From: Rhizaria sp. SCN 62-66
Taxonomy: Eukaryota
Direction: 5' to 3'
Length of the DNA: 64,000 bases
Assembly: GCA_001724265.1 (NCBI GenBank)
Contig: MEDY01000320.1
Location: forward strand, 1 to 64,000
Both the position numbers and the translations under genes were made by a program. Positions 22,797 to 33,200 of the stretch are shown here, in pieces. Each line of letters starts with the position of its first letter. The stretch's first letter is position 1. Under the pieces are notes generated by a model. The model saw only the letters and a list, made by a program, of their open reading frames with translations, made no database searches and was not told where the DNA came from.

Positions 22797-24724
22797 ATGC
22801 CTGGCCTAGCTGCTGACTCGAGCCGTCGGAATCTGACTGGCCGCCGCGCGACGGGGGCCCAGGAGGAGGCCGATACCGCTTCTGACGCAGATGAAGTCCA
22901 AGTCGATGACGTCAACAGCGACGGTGAAGGCGACGAAGGTGACGAGGACGAAGAAGATGACGAAGACGAGTCCGAGGAGGAAGAAGTCATCGTGCCCCGC
23001 GTCCTGCCTCAGCGCCACAACCGTGGTAACAAACTCGCCAAACTCATCCAAGAGGGCGAGGATGAGGACGAATTTTGGGATCATTTGAAGGAGTACTTCG
23101 TCGAGAATGCGAACGACTCTGATTTCGAAGCCGATGGTACGTCAGGATGCCTACAACGATTGAAAACTGTCTTAGTATAATCCAATCTCTTACACCCCTT
23201 GCCACTTACCAGGTACTTGCACACTCCTTCGGAGGCTTTCATGCGAGTACCGCTGCTGGTGGGGGGAATAGCAACAGTTCCATGTTGGGCTCTCGTCTTT
23301 GTGGGGGTTTTCTTCACGCTCGAGGGCCCCGTGTGGGGCCGAACGGTCCTTAAATCTTCTTTCATGGTGGTGTTTGCGTTCGTAACCCGAACGTTGCAGC
23401 ACTTACCGGAGCCTGTCAGCCTGTCACTTGAAAGCAAATGAGTCATAAGCGTTCTACATTCTACTATCTACACACTATATTACTATGAAGTTTGCACTCT
23501 CCTCGACCAATGTCTCACTTGATCTCATTCTTTCAACCTGCTTTGTTTTTTCTTACGTTTACAGAGGAAGAAGACCTCGTCGACGACGACTTCGACGCCC
23601 CCGAGGAGCCCCCCGGCGACGACGATGACGACAACGACGGCACGGTGGGCGTGGCGGGCGATAAGTCCCTGCAGCGCGACGACCGGAAGCAGGCCAAAAA
23701 GCCCGCTCCCTACGTGGACCCCAACCGGGGCAAGAAGTCCCTCTCGGCGCCTGTTCCGCTCACAGCCGCCGAGAAGGAGGCCGCCGCCGCGGCCGCCAAG
23801 TCCGCCCGCGCGGCGCGCGCGGCCGCGCTGGCCGCGGACCGCGACCACTCAGCGCCCGCGGACGGCATCGCGGGCCACCGCACGCAGCGCAAGTCGGCCG
23901 CCAAGGCTCAGGAGCGGCGCGAGCAGGACCGCGCACAGCAGGACGCGGCATTCGCGGCGCGCGCTAAGGCCCGCGGGCTCACCAAGGAGGAGCTGCTGGC
24001 GCGGCAGCGCGACCGCGCCCAAGTGGTGTATCGCATGCTGACGCAGGAGGAGCAGCTGGAGCAGGCCAAAATCACCGAGGTGCTCAACCGCAACTCGCTC
24101 GAAGAGCTGCTGCGGATCGAGGAAGCGCAGAAGAGGATCACCGTGCGCAAGCGCGGCGTCGTCGGCGCGGCCATTTTCCTCCGCGACCGCGCCGGCGCGT
24201 CGACCGTCGCGTTCAAGTACTGCGCGCCCTTCGACTACGCGCGTTCCCCCGACTCGCCCGCAGTCAGCTCCAGCGCCAGCGTCGGTACCGGTGCGCATCA
24301 CGGTGGTCTCGTCAACGTCGAGCCCGAGTCGTCGGACGCACCCTTCGTGCCGCCCGCGCGGCGCCGCCGGCTGGCGCCGGGCCCGCTGCCGTGCTTCGTC
24401 ACGGGCGCGCCCGCCAAGTACCGTGACCCAGTGACGGGGCTGCCCTACGCCACGGCCGCCGCGCTGCAGACACTGCGCCAGCGCGTGGCCGCTGCCGCCG
24501 CTGATGGTAACGGCGCTGGCGCCAGTGAGCTGCTGCAGGCTTATGAGGCGCGCCACTTCGCGCCTGTGCCCACCGCCGAGGCGCTCGCTGAGGCTGATGC
24601 CGCCGTGGCGGCCGCTGCTGCTGGCCAGGCGCACGCGCAGATGGAAATGGCCGACCACGACGACGCGCGCGTCGCCGCCGCCAAGGCCGGGCACGGGCGC
24701 GGACGCAAGGCCAACCCCAAGTAA
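22797..24724 (+). CDS. VPS72: VPS72/YL1 (SWR1/SRCAP complex H2A.Z chaperone subunit); exons 22797-23136 and 23565-24724
   Basis: LPQRHNRGNKLAKLI, EDEFWD..F.E..DSDF, LTQEEQLEQAKITEVLNRNSL, and the YL1-C motif CFVTGAPAKYRDPVTGLPYA. A phase-1 intron 23137-23564 (GTACGT..ACAG) joins the two frames. Ends in TAA. Confidence 0.9.
23195..23436 (+). ncRNA. Candidate intronic structured RNA (H/ACA snoRNA-like)
   Basis: Three GC-rich hairpins inside an otherwise AT-rich intron: GGTACTTGCA/TGCGAGTACC (23212-21/23242-51), GGGCTCTCG/CGAGGGCCC (23287-95/23321-29) and CGTTCG/CGAACG (23377-82/23388-93). An ANANNA box (ATAGCA, 23268-73) lies 16 nt after the first upper stem. Confidence 0.45.
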
Positions 24725-26807
24725 GCACGTGGCCTCTGCCACTGCTGTCGCTGCCGGTACACACACTTGCGTCGTCGTCGACGTGCGTAGTTCTTTTGTT
24801 TATATAGCTCAAATTCAGTTGGTGCGTGACCTATCATACTTGACTCATCGCAAAGATTTCAGCGTGAGCTTGTATGTGGACCGCGCGACTTACTTAGATG
24901 TTACTTTACCATGTTTTACCTACACCGATTTTCTAGCTACACTAGTGCCTTGTATTCCGTTCGTTTCACTCGCGCTGCAACTAAAAGTTCCAGCTGCCAC
25001 TGCCACAATACACGCCTACCTTTGCGCCTTACAGTGCGCTGATATCAAACCAAACACTTCAAACTCAATTCAATTGCACCATTTAGATTTTCCCGAAGAA
25101 AAGAGTCGTAAAAAACGTTATGTAATGGTACAATAAACTATTAGTCATTAACACGAAACAAATATATTATGATAAGCTTACAATCTAATACGCATTCACA
25201 CAACCACATTTGCAAGCATTGACACCAACTTTGTCGACGGTGCCGTCACAAGCGTATGCGCATGAGCAACAACAGCAACAGTGACGGTGCTGCTTCCGCT
25301 TTACCAGCGTACACCTTGCCGCAGTCCCAGTCTCTTTCCTTTCAACTGCAGTCACAGTCATAACCGCATTCGTCACCTTGCAGTTCTACACGCAGCAAGC
25401 GCAATTGCATGGTTCGACGCCGCTTTATTCGCCGCCCGCCTCGTTGCCGCCGGCGCCTGTCGATGTCTACTCGGCATCTTGTCGCATCCACCGAGCTACT
25501 CGTCGCCGCACATCTCCGCGCGCCACACGCGTGCACACTCAGACTCGACCGCGTTCGCGGCACCTTAGCCACAGCGACAGTCAAAACGGCCAACACACAA
25601 CGTAGTGTGCCGTCAACATCTTCGCCATATTAACACTGTGCCGCGCCCAGTCAGGCCTATTGTCCCAATTGCTGAAGGTGATCGGGTCATCAACGATGTT
25701 GAAAAAACTGCGAGCAATTGATAAACCAGCCTTCAGCCTGCGCTCCCGGATCTCAGGAAGCGTATCAACAGCCATCTGTGAGGACAAGCGAAGCCTCAGC
25801 AAATGCCAGACAAATAACTTTCTGTTCGGCCGACTCCCCTCCTTGTCGGCAGTCGTGTTAAAGCCGAGAGAAATGAATGCAAAAGCACTTGAGTTGAGAA
25901 TATGCCTGTCAGCCTGGGAGATCCTATTGCTGCGGCATCCGATTTCATTCGCAATCGTTCTGTTTTTGCGCAATCAGTAGCAACTGCCAACAGAAAGGTT
26001 TCGAGCAGGTCATCCGGACGGGTGCTGAACGTCTCAATGAGGTTATCTCATAGAAATGGAGTGAATCATATTGGGTTGGGTTGTGAGTTGTAACGCGGAA
26101 ATCATTGGCTGCGAACGGCCGCAAGCCTCATTGGGCGCCAGAAAAAACACTGTGATGTGTATATCTAGTGTCTCTCTTTTCTGTTGGGCTTATTATTTTT
26201 TATTGTCCCATACACATGCATGTATTTTCTGTCCTACTTTCTAATCACATTCGAATATCTGAACGACAAAAACTTGTTCTGTAGGTGCCCCTCAAACCTC
26301 AGTGAAAGCTGAAAAACGGCAAGGCATCGTGCAAATAACTAAGATTGAGCAGGTTCGATTTGTGTCACACTTGCCGGAATTGAAAAGTGAAAACTACGTG
26401 TATTATATCATAGCAAAATGAAGTCTCCTACTCGGAGAAGCATCTATCGGCCCGAACGGGCCTTGCTTTAAACTTACTGTGTCCACCTTTTGAGGCAGCA
26501 GCTTCAACGTGTGCAACGAGTCCAATACAGCGACATTCGGTCTGTCACCGTCCTGTCATCGGTCACCGTGTGTCATCGTCCAACGCGCAATGGTACTTGC
26601 ACTCACCGGTCCTCGCACTCACCGGTACTAGCACTCACTCTGCAGCGTTGTAAGTGCGCGCGTAAAGCTTGTGCTATGGGAGCGATTTATGCGCCAGCGT
26701 TCTTGGCAGCGTTCGATGGAGTCAAACTTTGATTGAAAATGCATTGAGGATATTGCAGTACTGAGCAAGGAAATAAGGTGGAATGAATAACCAAGGTTAG
26801 GATTCAT

Positions 26808-26825
26808 CCCCCCCCCCCCCCCCCC
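26808..26825. repeat. C18 homopolymer
   Basis: Seen directly, in an AT-rich intergenic region. Confidence 0.95.
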
Positions 26826-27265
26826 TAATTTCCATGGGTATACACTTGCGAATACTTTATCAACTGAAATGACATGAGTACGGACCCGAGGGAACTTGCT
26901 CTAAAGTGCCGGCCCTTTCAGGAATTCGTACAAGCGGAATTTTGCCCTCCAGTTGATATCATTTGTGACCGTTTTAGATCATGATTTGAATCGTAATGAG
27001 ACGTATATTATAACAAAAGAATAGCAACTCTGCTAAACACAGACAAGGTATCCTGTAATCTCACGCTTCGGTCCTGCGACCACAATCGGAGCGTCGCCGT
27101 CAAACTCGGACCCGGGCGCGGATGCCAGATTAACCCCATGGTACACATGTACATGTACTTTGTACAATGTAAAAAAGAAATGCTATGTATTGGGAAAGAA
27201 GCTAATTAGAAACGTATTCAGAAAGTCTTGATCGTATTACGATGTACCAGTTCCAAGGAGTAAAA

Positions 27266-30200
27266 TTACCACCGTGACGTTACGAAACCCTGCCGAGCGC
27301 CGTCGATGCCAGCCTTCTTCTGCTGCTGTTGCTGCTTGCTCAGCTGCTCCTGGTGTTGCTGCTGTTGCGCCGCGCCCGGCCTGACAACCGGTGGGAGTGC
27401 GAGCGGGACGGCGTAGCGCGGCAGCGCGCTGGCAAGCGACTGTACGACCGGCGCCGCTGGCAGATTAGGAGCCAGCGCGGGCAGCGACACACCCTGAAGC
27501 TGCTGATGATGCTGCAACGGGTGTTTGCTGTCGGAAACATAGGCCGTGACGGGCAGGAAGCGCCGCTGCGCCGCGGTGGCAATGAGCTGCGGCGTCGCGC
27601 GGACGCGCCGCACAAGAGGCTCCTCCGGACCGATGGCAGCTGCTGCGGCTGCAGGCGCAGCGGATGACTCGGCCATCTCTGGCACGGCGTCGCATTGCTG
27701 CTGTTCCTGCTGCTGCTGTTGGAGAAGCTCGTCGCGCTGGCGTTGCTGCGCAGTGATAAAGGCAAAATACGGATCCACCGAGCTCACCGTGGGCAGCGCC
27801 GAGCGCGCGCTCTGCGGGGCCGCAACCGCCACAGCCGCTGCGGCCGTCGCCGGGCCAAGCGTGGGCCCCGCGGTGTGGACCGCCTTGAGCGGTGCCGCAG
27901 TCACCGCAGCTACTGCCCCGGCAGCGGCGGCCTGTGCGCGCAGGTCGATGAAGCGCTCGAGTGAGGCCAAGTCGTCGTACAGAGCAGGATCTGCCCAGTC
28001 GACGCCTGCAGGGTCCACCAGGACATCACCGCGCGCCGGAGCACCTTCAGTGGTAGCGTTACCGTCGGTGCTGCCGTCGCTGTCGGCGGCTGTGAGCTTG
28101 TGGCGGAGGTGCGCGGCGGCGACGTCCTGGAGCACGTTGGCCACAGCAGCGTTGCGGGCCAGCTCGCCCAGCATCGCGCCCTTGTCCGCCCAGTGACCGC
28201 GCGAGCTCCTAACTACCGCGGCCGCACTGGGCACAGCGGTGGCGCCAAGGAGGCTAAAACCGTCGCGCGCCGTGAGCATCTCCGCAACGCCGCCCGCGCC
28301 CGGCGGCAGCACGGCGTCGAGGTGGTCGAACTCGTCGCCGCGCATCGACTCAGACAGCGCGACAGGCGGCGCGTCGCGGAGCTGACGCATGCGCGCCGCG
28401 GCGGCATCGGCGGCCTCGCGCCGGCTGTGTAGTCGGCGCAGAGCCTCGCGCGCGGCCACTGACGGCTGCTGTGAGAGCCGCGACAATGACGTCGCGACGG
28501 TTGCACTGCCACTGACAGCGCCGCTGTCTCCGGCTGTCTCAGCGCCTGAGAACTCGCCCCAGTCGTCCGCGCCGTCGCCCCAGCCGCCGCCGCCGCCGCC
28601 GGCCTCCATGCCTGCGGTGCCCGCGCGGCCCGCGCGCGAGCGGCCGCGGCTGCGGAGGCGCTCTATTTCGCCGCGCGCGGTGCCCGTAGTCGCCACCGCA
28701 TTGGCCACGGAGTTGGACGCGTACATAACGACGCCGTCGGCCGCGCCGTCGCCGTAGCACGAGCCCGCGGCGGCGCAGCCGCCGCTCGCGGGCCCACGCA
28801 GCACAGCGAGCTCAGCCTCGACAGCGCGCACCTCGCGCTCGTACACGCCGACAAGTCCTTCCAGATCGAGCAAGTGCGCGCGGTAGAGACGCCGTACGAG
28901 TGGGGGCAGCCCAGCGTCGCCGCTTGTGCCGCCGCGCAGCCCCGCTGCGTGGGCCGCGGGAAGCAGCCCGCCCATGCCGCGCGCCGCGAGGGCGGCTGAG
29001 AGCATCGCAGACACGTGGGCGGCGTCGGCCTCGTCCGAGCCCGCGGGCAGCAAGCCCAGCGCGGACAGCGCGTCCTCGCCGCCGGGAACCGCGCGGGAGT
29101 TGGCGACGGCGTTCAGCAGCACAGCGCGGCCGCGCGGGCCCGCGCGCTGCAGCGCAGCGGCGTACTAGTTCGCGAGTGTGGCGTCTGCACGCAGCGCGCG
29201 CAGCGGCACGCGCGCCCATACGCCCGACGCGCCGTGGAAGAAGGCCGGGCGCGCGCCCATCATGCCGCCCTCGGCGCCGCCGCGGCGCGCGCGCGCAGAG
29301 GCTGCGGCGGCCTCGGCTGCTGCCACAGAGCGGGGCACAGCTACGCGGTAGTTGCGGCCTTCGGACGTATACTCAGGCCCACGGTTCAGCGGTAGCATGA
29401 ACAACGGCAGCCCGTCGGGACCCAGCCGCAGCGGCCTCGGGCGGCGACGGTTTCGGTTTGAGTCGGAGTTTGAGTCGCCACTCTCCGTCTCCCAGTCATC
29501 GTCGTCGTCCTCGGTGTCGTGGCGGTGACGGCGCCGGCGCTTGGGCTAGCCAGGCGAGCGCGGGCGCGCGTCGACCACGTGCGACGGCACCTTTGCGCGC
29601 ACGCGGCTGTAGTCAGTGCTGTTTACGTTCATGCTGCGCGCGCGTCGTGAGCGGCGACTAGAGCCATCGCCGCCGTCTTCTTCGCCGTTATCGTCACCGT
29701 CGGCGTCACTGTCCGAGTCGTCCGCCGAGCTTTCGCGAGCATGGCGGTTGCGGCGGCGACGCTTTCTCCGGTTGCTCGCCAGCGGCTTGTTAGGGTCGGG
29801 CCGCAGTCCGGCGGCGATCTCGATTTCCCTGCAGCGGCGCTCGAGCTCGCGCTCCTCGTCCTTGCGTTTGCGCTGAGCGGCACGCGCGCGGCGGTCCTCC
29901 GCGTCGTGGTTACGCTGACGGCGCTCGATCACGCGCTGCTCCATCTCCTTGCGCACATGCTCAAGCCTGCGCTTTAACGAAGCCTCCTTGAGCTGCGCTT
30001 GCGCACGCTTGGTATCCTCGTCCGCGAGCGCGGCCTCTTGCGCAGCCTCGCGGCGCTGACGGTAGGCGTCGAGCACGCGCTCACGCTCTTCACGTCGCGC
30101 GCGCTCCGTGTCGCCCCAGCCGCTGCCGCCGCCGCTGCTGTGCAGCCCGCCGCGCGAGTCGAGCCGCGTGCCGCCGGGCGAGCGCAGCGCGTCTCTGCCG

Positions 30201-33200
30201 TCGCCGCGCTTGCCGCCGCGGGAGCCAGACGGATGCTCGTCGTCATCGTCGTCTTCCGAGTCGGTGAGCGCGCGCCCGTCGGGGCCAACGCGGCGACGGT
30301 GACGACGACGGCGGCGGCGGCGGCGGCCGGGAGGTCCGCCCAGCAACGGCATCCAGATCTGCGTCTTGCGCACAGTTACAGTGCCATCAGTGTTGACGCG
30401 CACATCGTCGGGGCCTGCGACCCACTCGCCCTCCTCCGCCGCGCCCGTCGCGGAGGCGCCGGGGTCCGAGGCGGGGTCCTCCTCCCACTCCCAGTCCTCG
30501 TCGTCATCCTCGCTCGCCGGCCCGCGCCCGCGACGCATCTGCAGCCGCTCGGGTGACGCGTACGAAGACATCTCATCTTCGTCGTCGTCAGCGTGCGGGC
30601 CGAGGCGGCGGCGCAGACGGCGGCGGCGCAACTCCTGCCCGGCCGCGACGGCGTTGTGCGCGAGCGCACCCGCGCCGTCCTCGTAGATGGAACTGCTGTC
30701 GGATAGGTAGTCGCTATCGTCTTCCTCGTCCTCGCTGCTGCCGGGTGCAAAACCGTCGAGTGGGTTCACAGGCCGCACGCGCCGCCGCTGCGTCGCCTCG
30801 TCCAGCGCGCGGCGCCGCGACGCGCGCGCAAGGCGGTCCAGGGCCGCAGGACTGGCCTGGATCTCGCCGCGACCAGAGCCCGCGCCTGCGCTCGCGCCGG
30901 CTTGACCGGCATGCTTGAGCGCGCGCAGGGCTAGCGCGGCCATGCCCGCGCCGCGGCGGCGCGCAAATGTGGCGGCGATCTCGCGCGCGTCGGGCAGAAT
31001 GGCGCCAACGATAAGCTCGTCGAGCTGCTGTAGCGCGGTGGGCGTTGCCAGTGCGCCGGCGAACGCCGCGGGGCCGTGGCCTGCCGCGGGCGCCGAGTTG
31101 AACACGCTCACGGCCGGCGCGCGCAGGGAAAAGACCGGCACGGGCGCTGGGTGGCGCGCGAATGACGGCGCTGCGCAAGTGACAGTGAGCGTAACCGCGA
31201 GCGCAGGGTCCGACACGGCGAGCGCGGCGGCGTTGCTCGCGGTTCCCGGCGCGGCGTTAGGCTGAGCACGGAAAAACGACGCCAACTTGCCACCCGCAGC
31301 GGGCGCCGCAACTGTGGCTACGTCACCGGATGCCGCCGGGGCCGCGGCAGAGGCGGCACGCGAGCGCGCGTCGTCCTCGGCGATTGCGGCGGCGCCCGCA
31401 GCGAGCGCCGCCGGCGTGGCTAGGTCGTAAGGGTCCGCGGTGCCCAGCGCCAACGCGCGGTCAAGCGGCAGCGCCGCCACGCCGCGCTCCCGGCCGCCTA
31501 GCGTGATGCCGGCGCCGCGCCCGCGGGTAGCTGGCTACTGCGAGGCGGCGGGCGCGAGACCCAGCAGCACGGTAGCGGCGGCGGCGGCCACGGCGGCAAG
31601 CGCGCCCTCCGCGGCCGCGGCAGCCAAGTCGAGCGGGGTTTCCTTGAGCGCATAGCGCAGCATCTCGCGGCGGCGCAGAACGTCGCGCACGGCCACGGGC
31701 CCGCGCGCGGGCACCCACCACACGGGCGCACACGCGGTCAGGGGGAGCTCGCCCGCAGCGGGCGCGACGGACGGCGCGGTGGCGTTGGCTGTACTCATCA
31801 GCGCGCGGCGGGGAGAGCCCGCGAGCGCGGCCGAGTGCTGCAGCTGCTGGTGCTGCGGCTGCTGGTGCGCCAGCATCTGCTGCGTTTGCGGCTGCCCCGC
31901 GGCCGCCATCGCTGCGCGTGCGAGTACGAGCGTGGGGTGCGGCAAGTGCAGCGGACCGCGCGCGCGCCACCGCGGCACCAGCGGCGCCAGCGTCAACAGC
32001 AGACGTGCGGGCAGCGCAGCGGCGAAGGCGACGGACGCGGGTGTGCCGATCAGCGCCGCGTTGACCGCCGACGCCGCGGAGGCTGCAGCGGCAGCTGGAG
32101 TGATCAGCTCCATCGCGGCGCCGGGCTTGCCGCGGGGCGGAATGCCGCAGCGGCGCACGGTGGCTGCGCTCATCGCGGCGGCCGCGGCGGCATCTGCAAT
32201 GCGGCGCGCCTCCTCGGCGGCCGCGGCTGCCGTGCGCGAAGCAGCAGCCGCAGCCGAAGCCACGGCGGTCTCCGCGGCGTCGGCGGACAGTGAAGGCAGC
32301 GGCGGCACGTAAAAGACCTTGACGACGGGCGGTGTGGCGGGCAGCGCAGCCAGGGACAGATGCGCGCGCAACAGCGGCAAAAGCGTGTCGCGCGCGGGCG
32401 CGTGCACGGCCGACTGCAGCAGCGCCCACGGAAGAGTGTGCAGCGGCTGCACGGTCGAAACAGCCGGCGCAGCGGGCTCAAAAGGCTGCCCGGCTGCAGC
32501 GGCGCCGGAACTGGCGTTGGATGACGATGACGCAGCAGGCGCGCCGGACTGAGGCTCTGTCGGCGGCAGCACAAAGCTGTGGTAGTGCGCGTACAGGCGT
32601 GCAAGTGGCAGCGGCAGCGGGGGCACGGGGGCCGGTGTAGCGACGTCTGCGGAGCCGCCAGCTGCTGCGGCCGCCGCGCTTGCAGCAACAGAAGCGGCGG
32701 CAGAGGCGGCAGAAGCCTGCAGAGAGGCGAGCTGCGACAGAAACCACTGCACCGCAGGCGCGCCGGCCACGACAGCGGGGTCGTTGCGCGTGAGCGTGAC
32801 TGTGAGCCCACTACGTGGGAACAACAGCGTCGGCTGCGGCTGCGCAAGCGGCGCGAACACGGAGCCCGTGGGCCGCAGCAGCCCCGCGAGCGCGGAGTTG
32901 CGCACGCTCGCAGCGCTGCCGGGCTGCACAGCCGCGAACTGGGCTGTCAATGCAGCGGCAGCAGCGGGGGCCGAGGACTTGGCAGCGGGGCCGCGAGCGG
33001 TGGATTTGGCTCCGCCGCGCGAAGTGGCAGCCTCGGCCGCAGCGGCAACCTCAGCAGCAGGCGCGGCGTCTGAGGCTGCACCAGCAGGCTTCTCCTTGAG
33101 CAGCTGCGTTTGCAGACTCTCCGTCGCCTCGACGGCAGCAGCCAGCGCAGCGGCCAGCTGTGCGTCGCCGCCCGCAGTGCCGTCTTCAGCACCCGCAGCA

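Noticed and set aside
23203-23322. U1-like ACTTACC, U3 box-B-like GAGCGTGAAG (minus strand) and a nearby TAACCC telomerase-template-like motif in the VPS72 intron
   Set aside because: No Sm site, no matching C/D boxes, the structure favours the + strand, and TAACCC is only one repeat unit in a hairpin loop.
26345-26370. GGTTCGA T-loop-like motifs (also near 43690) as a possible suppressor tRNA
   Set aside because: No T-stem or cloverleaf pairing; I found no tRNA gene in this window.
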